Shown in pieces: positions 27,787 to 37,785 of a stretch of DNA of 64,000 nucleotides. The position numbers were made by a program, and so were the translations under genes. Under the pieces are notes generated by a model. That model had not been told where the DNA came from and did no database searches. It saw only the letters and a list, made by a program, of their open reading frames with translations. The stretch spans positions 4,992,001 through 5,056,000 of the forward strand of contig OZ220744.1 in the NCBI GenBank assembly GCA_965116925.1. The letters run 5' to 3'. The DNA is from Candidatus Poribacteria bacterium (GTDB taxonomy: Bacteria; Poribacteria; WGA-4E; PCPOR2b). Positions within the stretch are counted from its first letter, which is position 1; every line of letters starts with the position of its first letter.

Positions 27787-29013
27787 ATGAAAAAGAGTTA
27801 TGAATATCGCGCCTATCCTACGACGAAACAGCGACATACTTTTTTGGTTTGGCTTGCCTTGTTGCGCAATCTCTACAATCAAGCGTTAGCGTGGCGGATA
27901 GAGGCTTACCAGCAAAATAACGATTCTGTCAAATGGACGACCCAAGCCAACGCCTTACCTGACTTGAAAGCAGCCTCCAAGGCTTATGCAGGACTTCACG
28001 CGGATGTTCTCCAAGATGCGATGCGCCGTTTGGATAAAGCGTACAAAGCATTCTTCCGCCGTGCCAAGAACGGGGCGGCACCGGGCTTCCCCCGCTTCAA
28101 AGGCGAAGGGCGATACCGGTCAATGACCTTTAGCCACCTATCCAAGCATCTGGTCCGGAGTGTACATCGTAAGTTTGCCAAAGTCGTTGTTCCGAAAATA
28201 GGACACCTCAAGATCCGTTATCACCGCCCCTTAGCCGATGGCAACATCAAGAATCTGACGGTCATCAAGCGAGCCAGCGGTTGGTATGTAACTATCTGCG
28301 TCGAAGTGCCAGATCCTATAGAAGTCCCTGTCCACACAACGATCGGCGTAGACGTGGGACTTAACTCGTTTGCCGTAGATTCGGATGGCGAACATATCCC
28401 AAACCCCCGCCATTATCGTCAGTCTGAAAAACGCCTTGGTAAACATCAACGCGTATTGTCTCGCCGCAAAAAGGGGAGCCGCCGCCGGGCAAAACAACGT
28501 GAGATTGTCGCCCGTTGCCATGAACGGATAGCGAATCAGCGCAAGGATTTCCAGTTCAAGGCAGCCCATCGTATCATTCAACGGTGCGACGAGGTTGCTG
28601 TAGAGAATCTGACCATCACCAATATGTTGAAGAACCACTACCTCGCCAAGAGTATATCTGACGCGGGCTGGGGTAGCTTTCGATTGAAACTGCAAAGCAA
28701 GGCTGCAAGTGCCGGCAAGCAGTTCACCAAAGTGAAGCCTCACCATACCAGTCAGAAATGCTCCGGTTGCAATGAAGTTGTGCCTAAACAGTTGTCGGAT
28801 CGTCTCCATGATTGTCCCCATTGTGGGTTGGTCCTCAATAGAGACCATAACGCTGCGATAAATATCAAAAAGGCTGCTGTAGCCTTGCGTGAAGGTGCGT
28901 CGGTTGCAAACGACCCCGAAATCCCCTGTCCGGGGACAGAAGCGCGAAACTTTGTAAGACCCGTTGGACGGACGTTTCAAACAAGCACCGTCCCTTCAGG
29001 GCGGGGTAACTGA
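27787..29013 (+). CDS. tnpB: RNA-guided endonuclease TnpB (alternative start 27763)
   Basis: SYEYRAYPT, GFPRFK, GVDVG / VENL / RDHNAA RuvC triad, zinc finger; frame runs through the right end. Confidence 0.95.
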   Translation: MKKSYEYRAYPTTKQRHTFLVWLALLRNLYNQALAWRIEAYQQNNDSVKWTTQANALPDLKAASKAYAGLHADVLQDAMRRLDKAYKAFFRRAKNGAAPGFPRFKGEGRYRSMTFSHLSKHLVRSVHRKFAKVVVPKIGHLKIRYHRPLADGNIKNLTVIKRASGWYVTICVEVPDPIEVPVHTTIGVDVGLNSFAVDSDGEHIPNPRHYRQSEKRLGKHQRVLSRRKKGSRRRAKQREIVARCHERIANQRKDFQFKAAHRIIQRCDEVAVENLTITNMLKNHYLAKSISDAGWGSFRLKLQSKAASAGKQFTKVKPHHTSQKCSGCNEVVPKQLSDRLHDCPHCGLVLNRDHNAAINIKKAAVALREGASVANDPEIPCPGTEARNFVRPVGRTFQTSTVPSGRGN

Positions 29014-29063
29014 CCATGAATTCCTTTCCGGCGAATCAGAAAATTGCTGTAAACGGCTCCGAC

Positions 29064-29149
29064 GCCCGATAAATCGGGCAACTACAGGTCACGATGCCTG
29101 ATGAATCAGGCAACTACAAATTCCGATGCCCGATAAATCGGGCAACAAC
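29064..29149 (-). repeat. Three GTAG-type REP copies (32-nt period), inverted relative to 27501-27570
   Basis: GCCYGATRAATCRGGCAACWAC at 29064, 29096 and 29128. Confidence 0.85.
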
Positions 29150-29225
29150 AATATAAATTTTCGCGTTGCTGTCGAATTTAGTGTGGTAGATTCAGCATCG
29201 CCGCGTTTGAGATGTTGTCACACTG

Positions 29226-30119
29226 CTAATCTCGATTAAGCATCTGCAACCATGTATCCACGACCGCCCCTTGTAGCGATATTGCTTCAGCATGGATAGA
29301 GTCCTCGGTGAGTGTGTAGCGGACGTAACACTGTCGTTCATCTAGAACCTGACAATACTGATTCGGTTGATACGGCATCAGATCCGGGTAAGCAACCCCA
29401 TAGGCACCAGCCATCACTTGGCTCAACTGACCATACTGTGTCCGCTCATAGGTGTGTAGATGACCGCAAAGATAGAGATCGACCCCACCTTCGAGCAGGA
29501 TGGGAAGCAGAACCCCCTCTTGCCCGGTGCGTTCATCATAACATAGGGACGAATCCGAAAACCGCCCGTAAAAATCGGGAGACAGAAAGATCGGGTAATG
29601 GCCAACCGCAATGAGGCATCTGACTTGAGGTAAACGGTTCAGCTCCTGCTTCAACCACACCTCTTGTTCAGATCCCTCGGGAAAACCTCCCCGGTGCAGA
29701 CCTGAAACGATGTCTAGACATACAACATGCACGTCTTGAATCGTCGCTGCATAGTACGACGGCTCACCCTCTCTTCCTGTTTCTAGGCAGTACCGCTCCA
29801 TAGACAGATCCTCACGCGTCATGTCGTGATTGCCTGGGGCAGAAAGAATGGGCACCTTCTCTTTGAGCGGTTTCACAGTTGCTTGATAGTCCGACCAGTA
29901 CTCCGCAATCGTTTTGAGCGTCTGATCCGCGTGTGCGCCATGGATGAGATCACCCGAATTGATGACGAAATCCACCTCCTCAGACACAACCTGCTCGATG
30001 AGCCTCCAGGCGTTAGTATCATTGTCATTGTCGGCAGACTTGCCAAAGCCCAATTGTAGGTCTGTAACGTGGATCCAACGAACCATCTGGCATGAGGTTT
30101 GGGAGTCGGTTGACCTCAC
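29226..30119 (-). CDS. Calcineurin-like metallophosphoesterase
   Basis: TDLQ, SGDL, PGNHD, GHYP, GHLHTYER. Confidence 0.88.
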   Translation of the reverse strand: MRSTDSQTSCQMVRWIHVTDLQLGFGKSADNDNDTNAWRLIEQVVSEEVDFVINSGDLIHGAHADQTLKTIAEYWSDYQATVKPLKEKVPILSAPGNHDMTREDLSMERYCLETGREGEPSYYAATIQDVHVVCLDIVSGLHRGGFPEGSEQEVWLKQELNRLPQVRCLIAVGHYPIFLSPDFYGRFSDSSLCYDERTGQEGVLLPILLEGGVDLYLCGHLHTYERTQYGQLSQVMAGAYGVAYPDLMPYQPNQYCQVLDERQCYVRYTLTEDSIHAEAISLQGAVVDTWLQMLNRD

Positions 30120-30163
30120 AAGTTCCTCCTCTCGTGGGCGGCTGTCCTTGTCATCGATCCCAC

Positions 30164-31315
30164 CTACCAGTTGGTATAGGATCCATCGCGGCGCCGCCAG
30201 TGCGGAGCCTCCCAGAATGTAAAGGTCTGATTCGCTACCATCTCTTCGTTGAACTCAACACCAAGCCCCGGCGTATCGGGCACCACGAAGCGGTCCCCCT
30301 CAAGTTTTGGTTGGATCGGGAAAAACTCTTCATCGTAAAATCCGCTCTGTTCTGTTGGTGAGACGCGCACCTCCAACCAAGCAAAGTTGGGAACTGCTGC
30401 GGCTAGGTGTACTGTTGCCGCTGTGCAGATTGATCCCAACGGATTATGCGGCATCAGGTCGATATAGTGCGTTTCCGCCAAACTTGCCACTTTCATCGCT
30501 TCTGTTAATCCCCCAACATTACAGACATCAATGCGGGCAAAATTGGTAATCCCCCGTTCTAGATAAGGCAAAAAATCCCATTTGCTGGAAATTTCTTCTC
30601 CGATTGCAAATGGAACATCAACCATCTGGCGCAAAGATTCATACGCCGCCGGCGTCTGGTCGCGAATCGGTTCTTCGAGAAAGTCGAGGGTGCCGCTGGG
30701 CATACGCTGGCAAAAAGATGCCGCTTCTGCGACACTCAAACGGTGGTGGTAATCGATACCTAGGACGGGCGCGGGACCGACCGCTTCCCGAAGCTGCGTC
30801 AACTGGCTAGCGGTTATGGCAATCGACTCCCGCGGCTCAAAAATTGTTGGATCGTCGTCTTGAACTGGTGCTGTGCGGATAACATTCCAGCCGCTTTCGA
30901 TTAGCAAATTGGTATCCTCAATCAACTGTTCAAGCGATTCGGCAAAGGTGGTGGCAAAACAAGGGACAAAATCCCGCTGTTTCCCGCCGAGCAATTGATA
31001 GACCGGCACACCGAGCGCCTTGCCCGCGATATCGTAAAGTGCGATGTCAATGGCGGCGATAGCGGCGGTCAAGATACGCCCGCCCTCAAAATATTGGCTT
31101 CGATACATCTCCTGCCAGAGTCCGCCAATGTGCATGGGGTCGCGACCAATGAGGAATTCGCGATAATGCTGAATCGCGCCAACGACAGCCAGTTCACGAC
31201 CCGATACCCCGGATTCTCCCCAACCGTAGATCTCTTGGTCTGTTTCGACTTTAACTATCAGTTGGTTTCTGTGTCCGATCTGTACTGGGATCGGTTTAAT
31301 GTCGGTAATTTTCAT
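30164..31315 (-). CDS. Mandelate racemase/muconate lactonizing family enzyme (galactonate dehydratase-like)
   Basis: MKITDIK, GWGE, DIALYDIAGK, DYH, EEP, GEE, PHNP, PGLGVE. Confidence 0.92.
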   Translation of the reverse strand: MKITDIKPIPVQIGHRNQLIVKVETDQEIYGWGESGVSGRELAVVGAIQHYREFLIGRDPMHIGGLWQEMYRSQYFEGGRILTAAIAAIDIALYDIAGKALGVPVYQLLGGKQRDFVPCFATTFAESLEQLIEDTNLLIESGWNVIRTAPVQDDDPTIFEPRESIAITASQLTQLREAVGPAPVLGIDYHHRLSVAEAASFCQRMPSGTLDFLEEPIRDQTPAAYESLRQMVDVPFAIGEEISSKWDFLPYLERGITNFARIDVCNVGGLTEAMKVASLAETHYIDLMPHNPLGSICTAATVHLAAAVPNFAWLEVRVSPTEQSGFYDEEFFPIQPKLEGDRFVVPDTPGLGVEFNEEMVANQTFTFWEAPHWRRRDGSYTNW

Positions 31316-31370
31316 TGAAATTCTACTCCTTGTCATGAGATGCGAGAAAACGAAAGATTGTCTGACAAAC

Positions 31371-32888
31371 TCATTCCTTTAGCTCATTCGCTTTAAGCGC
31401 GGCAAATTCGCTCTCGGCATCCTCGACGAAAACTCCGAAACGTCCTTCCTTATAGTCGTGAACAGCACGCGAGATGACGAGCCTGTCGTTCAGGTAAACG
31501 TCTAAGATATGTCTATGGAGCAAAACTTTTAACGCCATGGGTTGATTATAATCAACATCGGGCGTAATCTTCATCGCCATCGGGCGGGAGATCACCCATG
31601 GTCTGGGATATCGCCATAGCGAAATGACGCTTGTTCTAGGCTCTAAACGCAGGAAGTAACCCGCTTCGCCGGTTTCGCTCCCGCGGAGAATCAAACCTGC
31701 TGCGGCACCTCGCTTCATCGTTATTTCGCAAGAGAGAATAAAATCCGTTCCGCCGGCGGAAAGCATCCCTCGCACCAGCCCTTGAGAAGAAGCAGCGGAG
31801 AGGCTCCCTGATGCCCCTTTCCACTCTCCCCGTTCCGAGCGTACCTGCCTCAATAAACTCGGATCTAGCAACGCCTCGCCTGCCAAGCAATCGACGATGT
31901 TTGGATAAAACAGACCGATTCCTCCATCCGGTAGGGGCCGAATATGTTGGGGAGTTCCCAGCACTCCGCCCCAAGCGTATCCCTCTTCACCCCATTCGGG
32001 TTGGTAATCATCGTTACCACCGATACGGTCCGCAGCCCAAGGCACGAGATAACGATCGCCACCCATCATAGCGGTTCGAGGTGCATACATATAGCTCGGC
32101 AGAAGAACGTCATCCTCAGGGCAGAGATAGGGACCTTCCAACCGTTCTGCGACGCGGTAGCGCGTGGTATTCGTCTCTCCATGGCAGAAGATCAGATAGT
32201 AACGCCCTTCCATTTTAAGGATTTCTATAACCTCAAGGGCTGCCCCGATAAAAGGACTGTAAAGGGGTGGTTTCACCTCCCAGTTTTTTAGGTCTTTGCT
32301 AACAGTCCAAGCCACGCAGCCGCGTTCCCGCAACGGTCCGTGGTTGAGCCGGGCGGTGGTGACCATCACATACTGTTCACTCGGATCATCGTAGAACAGA
32401 AACGGATCCCGCCACGCTGTAAACAGGTAGGGATCTTCTACAGGGGCATCGTGGGGGACGTACCAGCGCGGATCCGGAACAATTATCGGGCGCAGGGGGG
32501 AGTCTTTCTCCCATGTGATTAGGTCATCGCTGCGAGCGTGGTAGATCACTTGAGGGTTGGTGCCGGCGTAGAACATTTGGTACTTCCCCGCGGAATACGC
32601 TATCGTCGCGCCACCGATTCCGTCATCATCTGGCTCTCCTGGCTGCCCCGGCAGCAACGCCGGCGGCAGCTGCTCCCAATGAAGAAGATCAGTGCTCACC
32701 GCGTGGTCGAGCTCACAACGAGGTAGTCGAGGCGGATCGTCGTTTCTTTTGCTTAGATAGAAAAGGTGGCACTCGCCGTCCCGACAGAAGAAAGATGCGT
32801 CCCCGACGAGCGCATCTTCGGGACGAAAGTGCAAAGTGTAACACGGTGCGAAGTCTTGACGATCGAGAGCGTGTGAATGTGATTCCAT
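31371..32888 (-). CDS. GH32-like beta-propeller glycoside hydrolase with C-terminal beta-sandwich
   Basis: VGD, HLFYL, HAVSTDLLHWE, WRDPF, YAP. Confidence 0.8.
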   Translation of the reverse strand: MESHSHALDRQDFAPCYTLHFRPEDALVGDASFFCRDGECHLFYLSKRNDDPPRLPRCELDHAVSTDLLHWEQLPPALLPGQPGEPDDDGIGGATIAYSAGKYQMFYAGTNPQVIYHARSDDLITWEKDSPLRPIIVPDPRWYVPHDAPVEDPYLFTAWRDPFLFYDDPSEQYVMVTTARLNHGPLRERGCVAWTVSKDLKNWEVKPPLYSPFIGAALEVIEILKMEGRYYLIFCHGETNTTRYRVAERLEGPYLCPEDDVLLPSYMYAPRTAMMGGDRYLVPWAADRIGGNDDYQPEWGEEGYAWGGVLGTPQHIRPLPDGGIGLFYPNIVDCLAGEALLDPSLLRQVRSERGEWKGASGSLSAASSQGLVRGMLSAGGTDFILSCEITMKRGAAAGLILRGSETGEAGYFLRLEPRTSVISLWRYPRPWVISRPMAMKITPDVDYNQPMALKVLLHRHILDVYLNDRLVISRAVHDYKEGRFGVFVEDAESEFAALKANELKE

Positions 32889-32963
32889 ATTCTGTATTCC
32901 CAGCGTGCCTCTATGAATGTTGCAAAGCAAGCAATCGTGCTCACCGATAGCTGTGGGGTGCTT

Positions 32964-33635
32964 TTACACCTCTGGTTGAACGGCAATCACACGAGCGGGC
33001 GCACCGTCCGATTCCAGGATCTTCAACGGGAGCGCGTAGAGTTGGGTGTAGGGGGTTGTTAACTGGTGCAAGTTACAAAGGTACTCAATCATGATCACGC
33101 CGTTACGGAGCAACACATCATGTGTTACAAATTCAGAAATCGGCGCAACCTCTTTGCTAAGCAGCTTTCGGATAGGGTAATCTTGGGGAAAATCGTAACC
33201 AACCGCTTTAATCTGACGTGATAAAAGCCACTCGCACGCCGGTCGGGTCATGTAGGGTGCAGTCGTCCAGAATTCTGGGATCTTTGGCGAGGTCACCTCA
33301 TCCCAACAGGTCTTCAGCAGGACGATGTCGCCCGGATTGATGTGTTCACCGGCGTCACTGACTTGGGTTTCAGTAATCGCTGAATTGGATTCGATGCCGG
33401 TGAGGTCGACAACTGCCGCTCTGCCCACAATATTGTTGAGTGAAATATCGCTCGTTGTCTGACCGTTGGGATCGATATGTCTCGGCGCGTCGATATGCGT
33501 AAATCCGTGAACCGCCCAGCCAACCCAAGTCACTTGGAAGGCACTGCCTGTGTTGAAGTCCTCTTTGAGTTGCCGATCTACGGGCCACCGAAAATGGTTC
33601 TCGATCGGCATTGTCAGGTCAATAATCTGATTCAT
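32964..33635 (-). CDS. Cyclase family protein (kynurenine formamidase-like)
   Basis: HGFTHIDAPRH, IEYL, DGAPARVIA. Confidence 0.92.
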   Translation of the reverse strand: MNQIIDLTMPIENHFRWPVDRQLKEDFNTGSAFQVTWVGWAVHGFTHIDAPRHIDPNGQTTSDISLNNIVGRAAVVDLTGIESNSAITETQVSDAGEHINPGDIVLLKTCWDEVTSPKIPEFWTTAPYMTRPACEWLLSRQIKAVGYDFPQDYPIRKLLSKEVAPISEFVTHDVLLRNGVIMIEYLCNLHQLTTPYTQLYALPLKILESDGAPARVIAVQPEV

Positions 33636-33706
33636 CTACCCTCTGTCCCCTCTAGTGATTCAATACAATCGTTTAGGGGTTCATGAGTTCAAAAGCGCGA
33701 GTTTCC

Positions 33707-33733
33707 TTCACGTTTTACGCATCACGTTTCACG
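33707..33733. repeat. Degenerate heptamer tandem repeat (TTTCACG-like)
   Basis: ttcacg ttttacg catcacg tttcacg; similar units near 50254-50290 and within the exosortase gene. Confidence 0.55.
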
Positions 33734-33735
33734 TC

Positions 33736-34536
33736 TCACATAATTGATCGAAGATAGTTCAACGCTTTCCGCATCGACTCCACCCGATCGGACTCACCTT
33801 CGTAAACCACCGACAGGCAGCCGTTATAGCCGATTCCACGAAAAATATCAAGGATGCGCGGATAGTCAAGCCACTTCTCCACACCGCTGTCTATCTGATA
33901 GAACTTCGTGCGAGCGTACACCGCGTAAGGGGCCGTCTTTGCGATGCTATCGTAGCAGTCGTAATTCGGGTGAGCCGAACCCCGGTGACCGCTTGCGCCG
34001 GGCGAACCGGCGTACTGTCCGGTATCGACGATGTGTGTGAAGTAGGGGTGATCCGTTTCACGGAGGGCGCGAAGTAGATCATCGCCGGTGCGGGTGACGT
34101 TGTTGTGATTGTGATTCTGTAAACCGACGAGGATCCCTTTTTCGTAGCCATACTCCGCAACTTCCTTGAACCCAGCAATCATCGGTGGCCAAAGTTCCTC
34201 TTCATCTTCGTGCTCTTCTCGGAGGTATGCGGCGAAGACGCGAACCAATGGACAACTCATGAAATCTGCGACATCAATCCACTTCTTGATTAACGCAATC
34301 TGATCCGGATGTTCCTCGATCGGACATCCAAAATCGTTGCTGATTCCGATGTATCCGAGCGGCAATCCCTTCTTCATCAGATCTTTTTTCACTTCTCGTA
34401 GATAATCAATGTCAGTAGATTCAAACGCGCTTGAATGCAACTCAATCATATCATATCCCAAGTCATAGACAATTTGTGCAAAGGCGGTAGCGGTTGTATC
34501 CCTGACATTCAAAGACATGGCACCAATTTTCATCAT
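33736..34536 (-). CDS. Sugar phosphate isomerase/epimerase (AP endonuclease 2 TIM barrel)
   Basis: LVRVF, LQNHNH, DTGQ, GYNGCLSVVYEG. Confidence 0.85.
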   Translation of the reverse strand: MMKIGAMSLNVRDTTATAFAQIVYDLGYDMIELHSSAFESTDIDYLREVKKDLMKKGLPLGYIGISNDFGCPIEEHPDQIALIKKWIDVADFMSCPLVRVFAAYLREEHEDEEELWPPMIAGFKEVAEYGYEKGILVGLQNHNHNNVTRTGDDLLRALRETDHPYFTHIVDTGQYAGSPGASGHRGSAHPNYDCYDSIAKTAPYAVYARTKFYQIDSGVEKWLDYPRILDIFRGIGYNGCLSVVYEGESDRVESMRKALNYLRSIM

Positions 34537-34774
34537 AGTAACTACTCCGTATATAGAAACAATTTTTCAAAAATAAATTTTCATGTTAATGTCGAGTTTA
34601 GCACAGAACATGCACCCCGTCAACTCAAAAGCAAGTTGGTGGTAGGGCTATTTAATGTTGGGATTCGGAGATCCTCCTACAAGATTGCTAAATGCTCCTA
34701 AATTGGGAAATTTTTTGCTTGGCACTCACATCACAGCTGGTTGTATACTGTCTCAGCCACACGCGCAAATTTTG

Positions 34775-34803
34775 TTGAGTTGTGATCCCAAACATGGTAA
34801 GAT
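34775..34803 (+). promoter_or_regulatory. Sigma70-type promoter
   Basis: TTGAGT-17 nt-TAAGAT with TG extension upstream of the bicupin gene. Confidence 0.5.
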
Positions 34804-34854
34804 ACCTTTCGATTGACTTTGAGGATTCTAGCGACAAGGAAGGAGAAAATAGCC

Positions 34855-35676
34855 ATGCGTATTGCTCATGTGCAGAGGGATGAATTGAGTGTGTCAGAAG
34901 GTGTCCATGGCGGGGCAGGTCATCTTTTGATTAAGGGACTGTGGGGTGAAGACGCTTTTCAGACGCCGTGGTGGTTTGTCCATTTCGCAATTCTGCCCCC
35001 CGGTGGCGGGATTGGTCATCACCGTCATGATGAGTGTGAGGAGATGTTCACGATTCTGGACAACGCCGCGCAGTTCACTCACAACGGCAGAACGGCGGAG
35101 GTGGTTGGGGGTGCGACTGTCCCCTGCCGAAAGGGGGAATCGCACGCCATCTACAATCATACAGACAAAGAGACTCGGTTTATGAATTTCTGCGTTGCAA
35201 ATCCGGAGGGCGGATATGACTGCACAGACTTCGGGGATGACCGTGTCGGTGCACCGTTGGAGACGGTTGATAGACTGCCCGTTGGACGGCTTGACCGCAA
35301 TCTACTGACTTTTACCTCAAACTTCCACGAAGGCAAGGGAAGTGTAGGGGTGAGACAGGTTTGGGGGCATCAGGATTTCCGAACAAATTGGGGGTTAGTT
35401 GGCCACTGTGTGGTTCCACCCGGTGCATCAATCGGGTATCATCGCCACGACGTGATAGAGGAGACATATATCATCATGGCGGGCAGCGGCAGGATGACAA
35501 TGGACGACGAAACAGAAGAGGTACATGTGGGCGACGCCATCCCCAACCGCTTGGGCGGGTCGCACGGAATTTACAACCACACGCCAGACGACTTGGAAAT
35601 GCTTGTAATGGCTGTTTGTATGGAACGCGGACAATTCGATGGCTATAACTTAGGAGACGATTTGACTGCGCGATAG
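34855..35676 (+). CDS. Bicupin protein
   Basis: Two repeats of PPG.SIG.H.H...EE...H.IYNHT; AAGGAG RBS. Confidence 0.88.
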   Translation: MRIAHVQRDELSVSEGVHGGAGHLLIKGLWGEDAFQTPWWFVHFAILPPGGGIGHHRHDECEEMFTILDNAAQFTHNGRTAEVVGGATVPCRKGESHAIYNHTDKETRFMNFCVANPEGGYDCTDFGDDRVGAPLETVDRLPVGRLDRNLLTFTSNFHEGKGSVGVRQVWGHQDFRTNWGLVGHCVVPPGASIGYHRHDVIEETYIIMAGSGRMTMDDETEEVHVGDAIPNRLGGSHGIYNHTPDDLEMLVMAVCMERGQFDGYNLGDDLTAR

Positions 35677-35697
35677 TGGATTTGAAAGGAGAGATTG

Positions 35698-36438
35698 ATG
35701 GGACAACTTGAGAATAGAACTGCCATTGTTACCGGCGCGAGCCAAGGGATCGGGAGAGCGATTGCGCTGGCATTCGGTCAGGAAGGTGCTAACGTCGTCG
35801 CTACCGCCCGCACGACAACGGCGATTGAAGCGGTCATCGCTCAGGTCGAGGAGGCGGGTTCGGCAGGGTTGGCGGTGACAGCGGATCTGGGCGTTGAGCG
35901 AAACATCCAACGCATCGTAGATGAAACGACCACAAAGTTTGGAGGGGTTGATATCTTAGTCAACAACGCTGCCATTATCCACCCGCCCATAGATCTAGTG
36001 GACTTAGATGCCGATCTGTGGCGACAGGTCATGGATGTGAACTTGACCGCCGCTGCATTACTCACAAAATTCGCCCTGCCGAGCATGATCGAAAACCGTT
36101 ACGGCAAAATCATCAATATCTCAAGCATTGGTGGGCGCAAAGGGGGCAAGGGTCGGACGGCGTATCGGGTGACAAAAGCTGCGCTGATCAGCCTGACAGA
36201 GAGCGTCGCAGCCGAGGTCAAGCAGCACGGTATTGATGTCAACTGCATCTGCCCCGGTGGGGTTGACACGGAGGGTTTCCGCGAGGCATTCGGGAGCGGG
36301 GGCAGAGAGGAAAATCCGAAGCTGATGCTGCCCGAAGAGATTGCAGCCCTCGCCGTTTTCCTAACCTCCGATACGAGTTCAGCCGTTACGGGAACAGCAG
36401 TGGACGCATTCGGCACAACCAACCCGCTCTTTGGTTAA
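35698..36438 (+). CDS. SDR family oxidoreductase
   Basis: TGASQGIG, NNAA, YRVTK. Confidence 0.93.
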   Translation: MGQLENRTAIVTGASQGIGRAIALAFGQEGANVVATARTTTAIEAVIAQVEEAGSAGLAVTADLGVERNIQRIVDETTTKFGGVDILVNNAAIIHPPIDLVDLDADLWRQVMDVNLTAAALLTKFALPSMIENRYGKIINISSIGGRKGGKGRTAYRVTKAALISLTESVAAEVKQHGIDVNCICPGGVDTEGFREAFGSGGREENPKLMLPEEIAALAVFLTSDTSSAVTGTAVDAFGTTNPLFG

Positions 36439-36444
36439 CGGGTG

Positions 36445-37785
36445 TCAAAGTTCAGCTTCCAATTGGCTCAGACCTTCATCAATCATGGCAATCACGTCGT
36501 CGATCTGGCTGCGTGTGATAATTAGCGGCGGATAAAAGCGCAAATCGTCACCGTTCACCCAATCTGCCGTACCGCCGCCACTCCCTGTGGACAAGCCCTT
36601 GTCCAGTAAAATCTTGTTGAGCCGTTTGTGGAAGCCAAGCGATGCAGGGAAGGGCTCCTTCGTATCTTTGTCGCGTACCAGTTCAATGCCGAGAATCAGC
36701 CCAAGCCCTCGAATCTCGCCGACGCTTGGGTGTGCGTCTAACGCGCTCGCCTTTTCTAACAGATACGCGCCCATCTCCGCGGTATGCTCAAGGATACCTT
36801 CCTCTTCGATGATGTCTAACACCTCTAACCCAACCCGCATTGCTATGGGATTATTGACATAGGTGAAGACATGGGCGAAGGGGGTGCCGCCCGCTGCGAA
36901 GGTATCACGAATGCTATCCTTGATAATCACGCCGCTCAAAGGGGCGTAACCGCTGCTGGCTGCCTTTCCAAAAACAATCATATCCGGGACAACATCCCAG
37001 TGCTCAATGGCGAAATATCGTCCGCTGCGCCCGAAACCGGTGATGATTTCATCTGCAATGAATAGGACATCGTATTTATCGCAAATTTCGCGGACAAGCG
37101 GATAGTAATCCCTAGGCGGTATCGCCGCAGCAACTCCTCCGAGCACCAACGGTTCCGCCACAAATGCCGCCACATTCTCAGGACCGGTCTGCAAGATCAT
37201 CTGCTCCAGTTCATGGGCACAGGTCAGATTGCATTTCCCTTCACAACCTGCAAACACGCAGCGATACGGGTAGCAAGGTGCGATGTGCGGGAAATTGGGA
37301 AGCAAGGGTGCGAAAAGGTCGCGCATCCCCGGTGTACCTGTGACACCTAAAGCACCGAGTGTCGCGCCATGGTAGCCGCGCCAACGGGAGATGACTTGAT
37401 GCTTCTGTCCATTCCCGCGTTGCACATGGTACTGCCGGGCAATCTTGATCGCTGTTTCAATCCCCTCCGAACCGCCCGAAACGAAGTAGGCGTGGTTAAG
37501 GTCGCCGGGGGCTATTGCAGCAACCCGATCAGCTAAGTCGAGGGCCGGCTGGGTCGTAAAATGGGTGGCGAAGCAGTAGGCGAGTGTTTTGCCCTGCTCT
37601 GCCATCACATCGGCGATACGTTGACGGCCATGCCCTAAAGTGACATTGCTCGCGCCGGCGGCGCCGTCGATGTAGCGTTTGCCTGTTTCATCGTAGAGGT
37701 AGATCCCTTCCCCGCGCACTATGAGGGGATAGTCGTAACTCAAATCGCGGTGGAACAGTGCTTTTTTTGCATCGGTGTTTGACAT
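36445..37785 (-). CDS. Class III PLP-dependent aminotransferase
   Basis: SGGSEG, YHGAT, ADEIITGFGRSG, FGK. Confidence 0.93.
   Translation of the reverse strand: MSNTDAKKALFHRDLSYDYPLIVRGEGIYLYDETGKRYIDGAAGASNVTLGHGRQRIADVMAEQGKTLAYCFATHFTTQPALDLADRVAAIAPGDLNHAYFVSGGSEGIETAIKIARQYHVQRGNGQKHQVISRWRGYHGATLGALGVTGTPGMRDLFAPLLPNFPHIAPCYPYRCVFAGCEGKCNLTCAHELEQMILQTGPENVAAFVAEPLVLGGVAAAIPPRDYYPLVREICDKYDVLFIADEIITGFGRSGRYFAIEHWDVVPDMIVFGKAASSGYAPLSGVIIKDSIRDTFAAGGTPFAHVFTYVNNPIAMRVGLEVLDIIEEEGILEHTAEMGAYLLEKASALDAHPSVGEIRGLGLILGIELVRDKDTKEPFPASLGFHKRLNKILLDKGLSTGSGGGTADWVNGDDLRFYPPLIITRSQIDDVIAMIDEGLSQLEAEL

Larger units (their letters stand above)
27600..29014 (+). mobile_element. IS200/IS605-family tnpB-only element 2
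   Basis: Hairpins CCCCGTTCTTTAGAGCGGGG (27619-27638) and CACCGTCCCTTCAGGGCGGGG (28986-29006); guide GAGA fits target TCAT (27596-27599) and guide CAAG fits TGAC (29011-29014) under the IS608 pairing rule. Confidence 0.88.

Noticed and set aside
28231..28980. Long antisense ORFs (also 2713-3309, 38347-38949, 49494-50135, 52595-53218)
   Set aside because: Shadows of well-supported genes on the opposite strand, with no motifs of their own
27501..29149. REP tandem copies around tnpB as a mini CRISPR array (Cas12f-like system)
   Set aside because: Spacers are only about 10-20 nt, copies are inverted across the element, lie outside the IS ends and recur at 47057 and 51989
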